A stretch of 63,452 bases of DNA, the filler included, from Stramenopiles sp. TOSAG23-3 (taxonomy: Eukaryota), in the NCBI GenBank assembly GCA_900128585.1. It is 4 parts of 4 records of this genome, joined end to end, with 100 filler letters (N's around TTAATTAATTAA, not from the genome) between each part and the next. Parts side by side here need not be neighbours in the genome. Positions count along the whole stretch, not along the records: positions 29,629 to 59,000 come from LT642238.1; 3 more parts are not named here. One strand, 5' to 3'. The translations under genes and the position numbers were made by a program. The notes under the pieces are model-generated. The model did no database searches and was not told the origin of the DNA. It worked only from the letters and a program-made list of their open reading frames with translations. Of this stretch, positions 42,788-55,106 are shown piece by piece (the stretch's first letter is position 1; each line of letters starts with the position of its first letter).

Positions 42788-45700
42788 TCATTCTTTTCGT
42801 TTCTTCTGCTTCTTCTTCTTCTTCTTACCATGCGTTGGTGCGTTCGCTTTTTTCGCCTTGTTTTTACGACTTTTTTTCTCTTTTTTGCGTTTTCGAAGTC
42901 TCGACTTTGTATCGTCGTCCAACGAAATGTCGCCCAAGCAGACGTCGTCACTCAATGTGCTGCTGCTACGCCGTCTTTTTTCAACCTGGGGTGTACCTTT
43001 AGCCGTGAGATTCACTGGCATAGCGTAGTCTTTTGCAACGATATAGTTGCCCGTGCCTGTCTGAGTTACTCGGTTCGCTATAAATGGAAGTGGAATTTTA
43101 TCACGTTTTTTGTAATCATCTCCTAATTTTTCTTGCTTGCTCTTTGAAAAATGTTAGTTAAACTACAGAATAATAAAATACTAGATGGAGAAGAAAGCGT
43201 CAAGAACAATGGAGACTGTTGTGGAAAGGTCACCCATCACCATCACCAAACCGGAAAAGATCGGTCGCAGTTTTTATCGCGCGAGCTCGTTCCTTAAAAC
43301 GCGGGTGGCGGAGAAGATATAATCGGCGCGCAATATAGCAGTTGCTTCGTTTACGCATGATAATGGAAGACGGGAAACGTTTGTAAATTACTTACCTTCA
43401 AGGATAAAGAGCCCCGCTCCCCATCCTTTGGGTCCAAAAAATCCCATTCATTTTCATGGAATTTTCCTACTTCCCGAGTTACTTCCTGTGAAACTGAAGG
43501 GATTTTGTTTGGGGTAGCGGCAAAGCAGGTGTATCCGGTTTGTTTTGGGCAAAATCTTACCTCATCAGTTACAAAATTCTGAGCAAACTTTTCTGCTGCT
43601 GCTTCATCTGCGTTAATCCACGTGTTCAAATCTAATCCTTCGGGCAAAGGTACCGAGTCTTGGGCTTTTGGGTGTACCGCCTTCAATTCCTCAGCGTGCA
43701 CAGCACGAAGAGCGCTAGCAATCGTAACATAACTTCCTGGGCCAGTACTCTTGCTCATCGTACTTCTGACATGCCCCAAAATGGCTTTTAATGCCACGCC
43801 TCTTTCTTGGACTTCGATGTGAGCACTGCTCGCAAAAGGCAGCGATAATGGCAGTGCAACTTGTACAAATTCGTCCAGTTGGGTAGATGGAATAAAATCA
43901 GGTGTTTGCAAAAAGTTCAAAACAATTTTCAAGACACTTTGAATAAAACTGCCTTGGACCGTGGATGGTAACTTGAGTGTCCTTGGGCACAAAAGTGTTT
44001 GCATGAGAAGTTTACAGTGCGATATATTGGTATCGATACCACCTTTACACTCCTCATTTCCGCTGCTCTCTCCTTGATCCACCCCCAGCATAGAGGAATA
44101 CTCCCCTACGATGAAAGCTGCAGCCACGAGTACATTTACCATACCTGCGTCGTCGTCCCTGATGGGGCCATTCAATAATCTGCCATCGGTAAGAATCTGT
44201 GCAATTTCAGTCGCCACAAAGCTACGCACGGATGCGACACGCATGCAAATATCAATTAATTGAATTGCTATAGGCCCACCAAAAGACCCATTGTTAACAT
44301 TAATGAGTTCAATAAGGATAGAAACGTACCATGCGAAGTCATTTACGTAAGCGTAACGATCCTTCGAGCACACCCACAATATTTTTTCGACAACTGCATC
44401 GCGATAGACATCGTCAGATGTCGCTGCGTGTCTCATTAATTTACGAACAACTTCTACAATATTCCGTTTAGTGATCATTCCACACAGTAAATTTAGGGCA
44501 CGAAGGCGAATAGTCATGTCCTCATCTCGCAAGCAGCCTAAGATGACCGCCCTGTGTCTAGCCACGGCTGTGGGGTATGATGCCATCATGGAAGAAAGTC
44601 CGACCAAACCCAAATACTTTAGATTTTGGTCGGGATCCGACAGGAAGCTTTGAAGTTTATCTGTGCACAAGTTTACAACTCGCAGTAAATTTGCTGGGGT
44701 TTCGCCTTCAGTTGCAAGAAGGTGCGACAACGCAATTGTCGCTGTGTTGATACACTCATACATTAGAGATTTTGCAGGAGTAGTTTGTATAATGTTGCAC
44801 AGTGGTCCCAATGCTTTCTTCGCAAGCCGTGGTTCTTCAGACATTAGCGTCCCTAATAGCTTCACAACTTTTATCAGCATCCAATTGTTTGATGCATTTT
44901 GCAAAAGGGTAAAGAACACAGGGACCAAGGATATGTAATTCTTGGGCCGCTTGCGGGCAAGCTCACAGACGACGTTGACAGCGCACGAAACGACGGATAC
45001 ATCATCGTCAAGTCTTTGGAGAATCAGAGTATGATGGTTAGGGATGTTCGCGTCCTGTGAGTAAATGAGAACTGCTAGAGTGGATTTGGCGGGGATAGCG
45101 TAAGCTTCCCGAAAGAGAGAAAAGTCTAAAATGCACTTACAGTTTCTTCTTTAGGTTAGCAAACACCAGGCGCAAACCCTGGGGGTACTTTTCAAACGCT
45201 TTGTACATTACCAAAACGGCCTTTTTCCTCACGTAGACTTGGGAGCTGGTCATCATGCTCACTAAATCGTCCAGCAGGTCTCGGGCCAGGTCACGGTCCA
45301 TAATATTTGCCACGCAATTAACAGCAGTACCAATCGCAAATGAGTGTTTGGAATGCAGATCTTTCTTAAGCAAATTCGTACAAAGTAAAACAAGCTCTTG
45401 ATTTTGTGGAAATGTTTGGGTAGCAGCCAGGTACCCCACGCGTTTGTACTTGAAACGCTGGATCGACATGACTTCAATAATATGGAAAGCCGCCCAGCTT
45501 GTGTCGAAACCGAGCATCTTTATCTGCAAAGGCGCGTTTGCGGGGTAAGAGTAACCATCAGTTAGTTAGTGCAAAAAGGTAAATCACGTTCGGAGTGTAA
45601 ACTTACATAAGTTAGCTTTGATACAGCATTTGCTTTCGTTCGATTATCGCTTTTTTTCAACTCGATCTTGATTCGCTGCAGCTCATTTGATACGTACGTG

Positions 45701-45858
45701 TCAAGGGCATCTTTGTTCGCGCTATAACTCCTTATCTCTTTAACGCTGCAACAATTGAAAATTCATATGTCAGTAATACATTTAGAAAGTGACAAAAGGG
45801 TGCCCACAGAAAAACAGAATATTCTTACTTACATATCTTGCAAAGTCTTTTCAAACAT
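42788..45858 (-). CDS. AP3D1: AP-3 complex delta adaptin; exons 45858-45833, 45745-45607, 45523-45141, 45013-43396, 43141-42788 (last junction less certain)
   Basis: Spliced N-terminus MFEKTLQDIVKEIR...KANAVSKLTY; WAAFHIIEVMS, KRVGYLAA, AVNVVCELARKRPKNY, NNWMLIKVVKL, DQNLKYLGL, EVQER. Four GTAAGT donors; CTAAC/CTGAC branch motifs. Confidence 0.9.
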
Positions 45859-47812
45859 ACTTGTACACAAGTCAAAAGATCTACGATCGCCGGTCACCGG
45901 TTCACCGCTGCGGAAGTAACTGTTCGCCCTTTCTCAAAGAACGTGTACAACACCAATTTGTTTGAACGCCGAGTGAAAGTGTGCGAATATTCCGCAAAAA
46001 GTGAAGGGAAGGTAGCAACAGCGTGGGTGTCTTACTATATTACTACTCGCTCGTCGTCGTTGACTTTTACAACAACTTGGAGGAGGAGGAAGAAGAAGGT
46101 GGAAGGCACGCCCCCACCCCACCCACCCATCAACAAGAATATTTTCTTCTTTTTTTTTCTTTTTTTTTATTAAATTTTTATAGACTATTATTATTTTATA
46201 TTATTTTAGTAGTCTATTACTGTATTTATTAATAATTAATAATTATTATTTATTAGACGACTATTATTGGAATTTATTCCATCATCATCATCATCATTAT
46301 TGTTGATCTCAGAGTTAGTGGGGGGGGTGTGGAGAGAGAAGAGAGAATTTTTTATTTTTTTTAATTTAATTCCTAGCAGGGAGTTAGTGTTACACAAAAT
46401 AACATTGAATAACAAGGAAAATAACGAAAAAACTTATAATTTTAACCAAAAAAAGTTCTCTTTTATTTTCACTCTACGCATTTATATAGGACATTGTTAC
46501 AAGAAAACAATAGTATGTAATATATTTTGTATTTTTTTATTTTTTATTAAGCTAATAATAAATATATATGATTTCTAAATAATTGAGTAGAACGAAGAAG
46601 TGCTGTATACATTATGAAATATCCCTGCTGACACTAGTCCAGGGACCAAAAATATCGAAATAGAAATAAGGAAATAATTAGTTTTTTAGTAAATAAAAGA
46701 ATTGATATATTAAGGTATTAAATAAAAACAATTAAGACATGAAGGAGTCGTCTAGTGTAACAGGGTTCCTGGAACATTAATGTGATTTTTCATATATCGA
46801 AATATCATTAGCGTTCTGTGATCTTACAAAAACTACAACACAAAATATATATAAAGATAATATTGTAAAATAAAATAAAAACCATCATTTCGTGACTCAT
46901 AAAATAAATCTAAGGTTGTAAGGATGCTGTTGTCGATGGAGCAATTTTGTACTTCATTGGCGATTTTTGGTTTTTGATACGGTGTAGACAAAGGAAGCCT
47001 GTTGTTCCCCTTCTACTACTAAACACTAACGCGGCATGGTCCTTAAAACCACAAACACTTCATGCTTTAAACGACTGCCAGACCCCTTAAATCAGCAGGG
47101 TGATCGTGCCGGAGGTACGTCTAATATCATTATTATTTTTTATAGAGAAGAGGAGTTCTTGGTATTAACCAGGTACCCTCCCAAGTCCCTAATTTAACTA
47201 AAAAATAGGAAGAAAAAAAGAAAGAAAGAAAAAGAAGGGAAAACAATACTACATTCCTATTCATCGGTTTCAGTTGCCGGCCGGGGGCACGCGCCCCCGT
47301 TATAATACCTCGTAGCCGTCGTCGCCGAAGGTTGCCAGTAAATAGTGTGTGTTAGTATCAAGGGTAATGTTCGGTCCTAGTGTAAATAGCTTCAAAACTC
47401 TATTCCATTAAAATATCGAAACGAGAAGCTACCAAGGCGTGTGATTAAATGTTTACCTGCATAATAGTGCTATTTACCCACTGAAAAGGGATCATGATTT
47501 TTATTTGTGTGAATTCCAAAAATAACAGCCTCGTCTTCTACCGCGGGTGCGTACTTCATCGTTGTATCTTCTAAATCCGTTGCCATAAACAACAACAACA
47601 AACAAAAAAAACGTTTTAAAAATAAAAATAAAATAAAAAACTATTACTAGACGACTAAAAAAAGTACAGAAATACAATAAACCGCAACGAAAAATAAAGT
47701 TTTGTCGTAAACCTTCGCATCCTATCATCATAAGATAACAAAAGCACGTAAGACCAAAACTGGTGCCTATTTACTACAATAGTTGCGCAGGGAGCAGTTT
47801 TATTCCTTGCCG

Positions 47813-50002
47813 ATGAGACTATTGCTTTTTTCCCTTTTTTTTGCCACCCCCAGCGCTGTTCCTGTATTAATACACGATGTGGTAACAGGTGTAAGTAGCA
47901 GTGATGTGGAATCTGTCACCGCATACAAGGGCTTGGTATTTTTTGTTGCCCGGGGTGAAGAAGGGAAAGAGTTGTGGTCTTCTGATGGAACCTCCGAGGG
48001 GACGAAGTTAGTGTCTGACATTCACCCCGGCTCTGATAGTTCATGGCCCCAATACCTTTTCGTATACAACGAGTGGCTTTACTTCTCAGCCGATGATGGG
48101 GTTGTAGGGTGCGATTCTGATGCTTTAAGTCTCTGCGGGCGTGAACTTTGGAAAACCGATGGCGTTGGTAGCAGAACTCACCGATTTCTGGATGTTGCAG
48201 TGGGGGAAATTAGCGGAGAGCCAAAGGGGTTTGTTATTTATAAAAATTTGTTGTACTTCTCTGCAACTGACGGTATTCATGGTCGTGAACTTTGGGTAAC
48301 AGACGGCGAGCCCGCTGTAGGGAATAGTCAAAAAATATTGCGAATGATCAGCGATATAAATACAGGCGCGGATGACGGAAACCCATTGGGGATGGTTGTG
48401 TATAATCGGCACCTCTATTTCTCGGCTACCGACGGTACGCATGGCACTGAGCTGTGGAAATCTGACGGTACGTCGCACGGCACATCACTCGTCAAGGATA
48501 TAAACACTGGGGCTGCAAGTAGTTTCCCAGCCAATTTCGCACTTTCTGGTTGTTTGTTGTTTTTTTCTGCCAACACCCCCGCCTTCGGTGTCGAGTTATG
48601 GAGAAGCAATGGGTACGATGAAGGAACATTTCTTTTGAAAGATATTTTTGACAATTCCTATTCTAGCAATCCTGCAAGGTTGTTCTTATATGGGGGGTAT
48701 TTATATTTTTCTGCAAACGGTGGAACATATGGAAATGAATTGTGGAGAACTGATGGAACACCTCTGGGAACAGTCTTGTTTAAGGATTCAAATCCTGGCA
48801 CAGGCTCTAGCGACCCATCTAATTTTTTTGAATTCAATAACAGGCTATTTTTCACTGCTAAAACGCCTACTACTGGCCATGAGATGTGGACATCCGACGG
48901 TACCATTGATGGGACATGGATGGTGGTAGATATTTTTCCGGGCCCAGAGAGCGGTGCGTTGTCCAATTTTGCAAGTGTACGGGGGAAAATATTTTTCGCG
49001 GGCCAAGACTCCCAGCATGGGGTTGAACTTTATGGAACACAAATTTGCAAAACTGGTGAATACGGCAGTCCCACTGCTACATCATGTGCAGCCTGTGCGT
49101 ATGGGAAATACAATGACCGGATCGAAGCGCTATCCTGCAAGCTATGGAGTGCATGCGCGCCCGGCACGCACATATCCTTTGTTGGAAATGGTACCACTGA
49201 TCGCACATGCGTCCCCTGCTTAGCTGGAAAGGCTTCAGCAATAGCCAACCAGCAGCACTGCTATGACTGGACCATTTGTTCGTCTTCCCAGTTTGAAACC
49301 CAGGGTCCATCTGCAAGCACTGACAGATTATGCGAAAATTGTCCAGCGGGGACATACACGTTGGAGCATAATGGTAACACTTGTCTTTCACTCTTTGACC
49401 ATGCATGCCATTCTGATTGGGACTCTTTAAACTGGAAGATGCAACGATTTTGCAAAGATCTATACAATCTCACAAGGCCAAAGAATAGCACAATTCAAAG
49501 AGGTGATCCCGGGTTGGCCGAAATATTTGACGACACGTTCCTGGTATTTATTAGCATATCTGCTTTAGTAGGTAGTGCTACTTCTGTCTTGATTACAGTC
49601 TGCATTTTGACTCATCATCACATGCGTGTGCCAACACTAGGGATGAAGAGAACAGCGGCCTCTACCCAAAAGAAGTCCGCCTCGCCAATTTTGCATGTAA
49701 ACAAGCCCTGGGAACATGTTCTAGAGGATTACTTGACTAAACCTGGGGGCACATTTTTAAAGACGAATTTATCTCACCAAAAAGTGAGCCCAAGTAGGCG
49801 GACAGGAGTCACAGGGATTCTTCAGGTCGTCCCACCAAGCTCTGGTATTAAGGAAAAAGTAAGACTGGGGCGAACCCAGAGTAAGAAAAAAGTGCGACGA
49901 GACAAACGTACTCGGCAAGTGGGAAACGGTCCAAAGAAGCCCATCACCATAGATTTTGACAAGGCACTTCAGGAATTCGAAGTTTCAATGGATCACAAGT
50001 GA
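47813..50002 (+). CDS. Type I membrane protein: ELWxxDGT-repeat propeller + TNFR/ephrin-like Cys-rich repeats + TM + basic tail
   Basis: Signal peptide MRLLLFSLFFATPSA; ELWSSDGT, ELWKTDG, ELWVTDG, ELWKSDGT, ELWRSNG, ELWRTDGT, EMWTSDGT, ELYGT; CAPGT...TTDRTC, CSSSQFE...STDRLC; TM FLVFISISALVGSATSVLITVCIL. Confidence 0.85.
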   Translation: MRLLLFSLFFATPSAVPVLIHDVVTGVSSSDVESVTAYKGLVFFVARGEEGKELWSSDGTSEGTKLVSDIHPGSDSSWPQYLFVYNEWLYFSADDGVVGCDSDALSLCGRELWKTDGVGSRTHRFLDVAVGEISGEPKGFVIYKNLLYFSATDGIHGRELWVTDGEPAVGNSQKILRMISDINTGADDGNPLGMVVYNRHLYFSATDGTHGTELWKSDGTSHGTSLVKDINTGAASSFPANFALSGCLLFFSANTPAFGVELWRSNGYDEGTFLLKDIFDNSYSSNPARLFLYGGYLYFSANGGTYGNELWRTDGTPLGTVLFKDSNPGTGSSDPSNFFEFNNRLFFTAKTPTTGHEMWTSDGTIDGTWMVVDIFPGPESGALSNFASVRGKIFFAGQDSQHGVELYGTQICKTGEYGSPTATSCAACAYGKYNDRIEALSCKLWSACAPGTHISFVGNGTTDRTCVPCLAGKASAIANQQHCYDWTICSSSQFETQGPSASTDRLCENCPAGTYTLEHNGNTCLSLFDHACHSDWDSLNWKMQRFCKDLYNLTRPKNSTIQRGDPGLAEIFDDTFLVFISISALVGSATSVLITVCILTHHHMRVPTLGMKRTAASTQKKSASPILHVNKPWEHVLEDYLTKPGGTFLKTNLSHQKVSPSRRTGVTGILQVVPPSSGIKEKVRLGRTQSKKKVRRDKRTRQVGNGPKKPITIDFDKALQEFEVSMDHK

Positions 50003-50188
50003 AAGTTTTTATAAATGCGAAGACTAAGAGCGGGTTATTTTCTGACAAATAATTTGGGGTGACGAGGCATATGTAAGAGTTCACTATTGTCCGGTGGTGA
50101 GTTAGTTCAGTTAATACCAGTAAACTTTTCTATTTCTTTAAAAAGCAAAATTTTAAAACAAATTTCATTCTAAAAAATCCAATAATTC

Positions 50189-51050
50189 AAAAAACAAGGA
50201 AATTGGCTAATTCGATTTTTCTTTTTTAAACTTAAAATTCAGTTTATCTAAATTAAAAAACAAGAAAATTTGCTGTTATTTAATATAAGTAATTGTTTTA
50301 TATTAAAATTAATGTACTGCGAACTGAAATCTATCTTTGCTCTTTTGGTCTGACTAAATCGATATACCCTGTTGTCACTTAGTCTTGACTATCATTCCCA
50401 GATGTACTCCACTTATGATCTGAATCAGTAGATGGATTAGCACTGCTTCCACATGACCCATAATCAACTTTCTCATCCGGTGTTCCACTCGTAGATGGCT
50501 CATTCCTTGTGTGATCTTCAAAGCAGCGGCGTAATTGTTTTAGAGGTGCTCGTTGTCTGCTATGTAAATCAGTTAAGGGATTGTCATTTGTGAGTACTTC
50601 CTCATCCAGTGTCTCACTCATAGATGGATCAGTCCTTGTGTGATTTTCCAAGCGGCGGTTTGAATGTTTTAAAGGTGCTCGTTTTCTGTCTTGTAAATCA
50701 GTCAAGGAATTGTCATTTGTGGGTTGAGGTGTCGGGAAAGAGTCATTTGGTTCAGTGTGTCAGTGTGTGAGTGATAATAGTTTTAAAACAAAATAAAGGC
50801 TGTTATATTAAATAGGAATCTTAATCAAAATGATCTTCTTCATGTACCGCGAATGTGAATCGGCTCCTTCTGTCAATTAACGGTTTGCTTCCTTCATGTA
50901 CTTCGAACTTATCTCTGCTCCTGTGATTTTCCTAATCAATTTACTCTTGCCAATTTACTCTTGCCACTAAGTCTAAAAACTATCATTTTCTCTAGATATT
51001 AAAAGTTTTAAAAACAAAATAAAAGGCTATTATTATTCAAGTGTAATTAA
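50189..51050 (-). mobile_element. Head-to-tail array of 5'-truncated retroelement copies
   Basis: ORF 50379-50705 (DRKRAPLK...VDYGSCGSSANPSTDSDHKWSTSGNDSQD*) is homologous to 42090-42298, with an internal duplication. Terminal motifs at ~50190, 50255, 50785 and 51010. Confidence 0.8.
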
Positions 51051-51117
51051 ATTCAAAAGAACTAAAAATATATTATGTTATTTCTAGGAAAATTGTCTTT
51101 ATTATACATTATATCAT

Positions 51118-51152
51118 CTACGAACTACGAACTACGAACTATGAACTACGAA
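51118..51152. repeat. Heptamer tandem repeat (CTACGAA)x5
   Basis: CTACGAA CTACGAA CTACGAA CTATGAA CTACGAA. Confidence 0.85.
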
Positions 51153-51607
51153 ACTAAAACGTTTTTTATGGATACTATTTCCATGCGATGCGAATCATGA
51201 ACTATATTCTATAATCTGCACCACCCTTTTCTCGGCCTAATAATAAAAAAACAAAATATATATTAAAACGATGAATTTTTAAATTTGTTTGTTTATGAGT
51301 AAAATTTATCTTGATTATTAATTTAAAAATATTGATAAGATAAATCATAAAAAGTTAATCTAAAATCACAGAGCATAATAATTTTGTTTGTAAAATATGA
51401 ATACTTTCCGTGCGATGTGATTTGTTCTTATCCGATGTTTGTCAATAAATATTTTTCATGCGATGCAATTTATTTTTATGGGTTTGTTTTGATCAATTTG
51501 GTTTGCAAATAAATATATGATAAATTTACTACAAATTTGCATCACATGGAAGAAAATGTTAAGTTAAACCAAAATATACGTGTTAAATTATAAATACACA
51601 TTTTTAT

Positions 51608-51930
51608 TAAAAACAAAAAATTGGCTGTTATTTAAGTAATTAAAATTTATCTTCTTCGTGTATCACAATATGTAAATCTGCTCATTTTGACCGTTACAGG
51701 TTTACGTTCCTTCATATACTGCGAAGTTGTCTCTGCTCCTGTGATTTTACTAATCAATAAACTCTTGTCACTTAGTCTAGACTATCATTTTCTGATGTAC
51801 TCCATGCATGATCCGAACCGGTGTTTGGATTGGCAACGCTGTCAAATGACCCGTAGTCAACTTCCCCATCTGGTGTCTCACTCATAGATAACTCGATGTC
51901 TCACTCATAGATAACTCAAACCTTGTGTGA
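51608..51930 (-). mobile_element. 5'-truncated retroelement copy (ORF tail + 3' UTR)
   Basis: AAAAACAAAAAATTGGCTGTTATTTAAGTAATT terminus; CTTGTCACTTAGTCTAGACTATCATT...GTACTCCATGCATGATCCGAA is the reverse complement of 40745-40800. Confidence 0.8.
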
Positions 51931-52146
51931 TTTTACATTTTTCAAATCATAAATTATTTGGACAACAATCAGATAAGAACAGCAGAAATAAATTGCAGTA
52001 CACAACATGAAGGAAGGAAAACTTTACTACCTCACAAAAATTAATTTAAAAAATATTATTTACCTAAATAACTAGCCATTTATTTTGTCTTCAAGTGAAA
52101 ACCTTGGTAAAGATTCAAGAAATATTCTCTTGTAAAGTTTATCTTA

Positions 52147-53988
52147 TCAATGAAGTATTTTGCAGAAACGGCCGTTTCCGTAAAAGGGTGGCACACAGTG
52201 ACATGCATACGATCCACACCCTTCCGCCAGAGTGCTTTCTTCGCATGTAGCATGTTCATCGCAGGGGTGTCCTTTGCATGGGTGCAACTTGCAGGATTGC
52301 CCCGATTGCTTAGGATTATACATCGTAGGTGATTTGACGCTCTGTTTGCGCAGGTGATTGGATAGGGGGTGGCACGAGTTGCCATTACCGTAGAAGCCCT
52401 CTCTGCATTCGCAACTATAGGAACCGCAGTGGTACTTACTCTCTTTGCAGGCAGCGTGCACAGAACAACGGGACGCCTTCTCGGTGCACGGATGCTCATC
52501 ACAAACTCCTACTTGTCCGTGTTTGGCAATACATTCCCTGTCATTTACAAGCGATGGCGGGGTTATTTCAATTTCTTTTCTGGAACAATTAGCTGACCAT
52601 GGGTTACATTGCCCATCCTTGAAGAAGTAGCCGTGGGTTGTGCACCGAGCACACAGACGGCCACCGTGTTTTAGGCAGGCTGAACCAGCGGCGGCATCGC
52701 CGTTGTCGCACTTACAGACGTTTGAGGCACACAAATTTTCAGAATCTAGGAAGAACCCTTGGTTGCATGATGCACAAATGGGCATTCCGTGGGAAATGCA
52801 CAAATACCCTGATGCTGGTAACCCATTAGGACAGTTGCACACATTTTTAAGGCACAATTTAACAACATTGCTATAATGAGAACCGCCAGTACAATTACTG
52901 GGCACACATGGCAGATCTTGGTTGACAGCAGAACTTTGATGATTCAATGGACACATCTCACAGTGGGACCCATCGTGTGTCAGCAAATACCCCGTGGATA
53001 TCTGTGTGCCGTCACCTTCAGTGTTGAACGTTGGCATATTTAATCCTAAATTTGACGCTTGAGGCTGGACAATGTGCACAAGTATATCGCTTTCCCCTGT
53101 CGCGTCCCCCCCCTTAATTTGAACTTTGATAGAGTCCCCTGGCATGCAATTTGTAGTTTGTCCTACATCCAAAAACTGCCGGAAACCGTTTATTTTTTTC
53201 AATATCCGACTCCTATACTTCGCCCTGTTGCCTGTCACATAAATTTTGATTGGACGCACTCCTTGCCCAAGGTTTCGTATTGTTATTTCCCGAGACGTTC
53301 TCCATGCATTCTTGGGAACTAGCCAGTGCAGACGCTTTACGAACGAGACACCAGGTGTTAAAATTTTATAAATGTTCTCAGCTTTCTCTTCATGCGATAC
53401 TGCTATTTTTGCGCCATAACCGGCCAGGCATCTACAGTACCCAGGATGCTGGTGTGATGACGAAGATCCTGGTTTGCAAGGCACACACATGTTTCCAACA
53501 CTTGCCTCTGTACGGGATTTACAAACTGCTCTGTTCACAGCACTTAGCAAACTACTGCTCTTCTTGGGGTGTGCTATTTGCAAAGTTACGGCCGCTACCC
53601 CTTTCGTTCCTTGTGTATCCCTTCTTGCGCTTACCATGACCAAATCACTCGGCGACAACTGCGTAGAAACCCCTGCATTTTTGTACGGTTCGTCAAATTT
53701 TGATCTAACCAATAAAAACGCTCGGCCTTGTTGCAGTCCTGGGGCTTTCAACTGGGCAGTAGATTTTGCAAACACGCCCAGGTCACTTGCTCGAAATTCC
53801 GTGGTATTAATCCACACTGGCGCACCCCGCCCATCTATGTTTTGCTCATATGTGCCACCACGCACCCGTAACTGCCTAATGGTGCTGTGCAACTCAAGAA
53901 AAATGCTATTCTTCGACGGCCATAGCCTGTGCTCCGAGGCCTGGACGCACCATGAAAAGAAAATTATAACAAGAAGAAATTGGGCCAT
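52147..53988 (-). CDS. Secreted Cys-rich protein with EGF-like and TNFR-like modules
   Basis: Signal peptide MAQFLLVIIFFSWCVQA (ATG 53988); NVCxCxNG..A....C..HG...CAxC x2; two EGF-like repeats (YSCECREGFYGNG, YACHCVPPFYGNG). Confidence 0.75.
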   Translation of the reverse strand: MAQFLLVIIFFSWCVQASEHRLWPSKNSIFLELHSTIRQLRVRGGTYEQNIDGRGAPVWINTTEFRASDLGVFAKSTAQLKAPGLQQGRAFLLVRSKFDEPYKNAGVSTQLSPSDLVMVSARRDTQGTKGVAAVTLQIAHPKKSSSLLSAVNRAVCKSRTEASVGNMCVPCKPGSSSSHQHPGYCRCLAGYGAKIAVSHEEKAENIYKILTPGVSFVKRLHWLVPKNAWRTSREITIRNLGQGVRPIKIYVTGNRAKYRSRILKKINGFRQFLDVGQTTNCMPGDSIKVQIKGGDATGESDILVHIVQPQASNLGLNMPTFNTEGDGTQISTGYLLTHDGSHCEMCPLNHQSSAVNQDLPCVPSNCTGGSHYSNVVKLCLKNVCNCPNGLPASGYLCISHGMPICASCNQGFFLDSENLCASNVCKCDNGDAAAGSACLKHGGRLCARCTTHGYFFKDGQCNPWSANCSRKEIEITPPSLVNDRECIAKHGQVGVCDEHPCTEKASRCSVHAACKESKYHCGSYSCECREGFYGNGNSCHPLSNHLRKQSVKSPTMYNPKQSGQSCKLHPCKGHPCDEHATCEESTLAEGCGSYACHCVPPFYGNGRFCKILH

Positions 53989-55106
53989 TTCGTTTCCGAA
54001 TAAAGCTGGCGAGAACACTATCCTCCCGTGCCTACGAATACGAAACTTATAAAGCCTGTTCACAAAGAAGGGAACTTCTGAAAGTGTGCATCATTTGTGC
54101 ACAATTCATCCTAAGCGGACAAGGATACTGAAACGGTACTGACGTAAGGGTGCCTGTTGCGAAGAAAGAGCGACCTAGTTTCTCTTAGCGGTTAACTACC
54201 GGTTTTTTAGTGTCGGTAGTGTCCGACCTATCAAGGAGCAACCGAGGGCCCGCTCGAGTAGCCCCCCCCTTTTTTGTCCGAGAAACGAGAGAAGTAGCTC
54301 TTTTTAGTAAATACCTTACTATATGTAATTATATAGGTAATTATTACAAGTACATTATTCTTTCGACTGACGTTAGTCGGCCCTCTGTGCATGTATTTTT
54401 CCGTTTAAAAATACAGGCAATAGGATCAACACTTTTTCGACATAACCCTAACCCTAACCATAACTGGGTTTAATCCTGCCCCTAATTCACAAAATCAAAT
54501 TATCGAGAGACGAAGCCTACCGTTTCATACTCATTTTAACTATATGATTTTATATAGACAAAACATTACAAATACAAGAAACATTGAATAGGCCACATTA
54601 ATAGTAAAAGCTTTCTTGTTATTTTAGTCCTCGTTGTATATAACTTTGGATACGATAGTTAACCCTTTCGACAAAAAAAAAAAATAATAATATATTCTTC
54701 TTCGCGCCTCAACGTTCTTTTTTAACCCAAAAAGAAACATCAGCACAGCATCCAGACTAAAAAATTGTAGTTGCTGCAACTACTATTTTATTACAGTATA
54801 TAGTATTATTATTATAAAAAAAAAAAAGAACAACAAACAACTTCTTCTCGTCCTTTCTGCTGCTGCTTCTTATTTGTTGGTTACGTGAAAATCTTGAACA
54901 CATCTCCCCGCTCAGGGGTTAAGTATACAGGAATCGAATAGTTAGCATAATTGAACTCATCTGTAGAGTTTGTGTAAGATTATTTGCTACCCATAGAGTG
55001 TACTACCCAAGCCCTTGTTTCTACACTTTACGTCTTTTCCTTTTGAAAATATATATCGCATTGCCAAGCCCAATCGAGAATATTCACACGCGATACAACA
55101 AAAAAT

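Noticed and set aside
47282-47299. GC hairpin CGGGGGC-ACGC-GCCCCCG as a Helitron end or terminator
   Set aside because: No CTRR terminus at the expected distance and no second copy in the window.
54443-54458. AACCCTAACCCTAACC telomere-like repeat
   Set aside because: Only ~2.5 units and internal; not a chromosome end.
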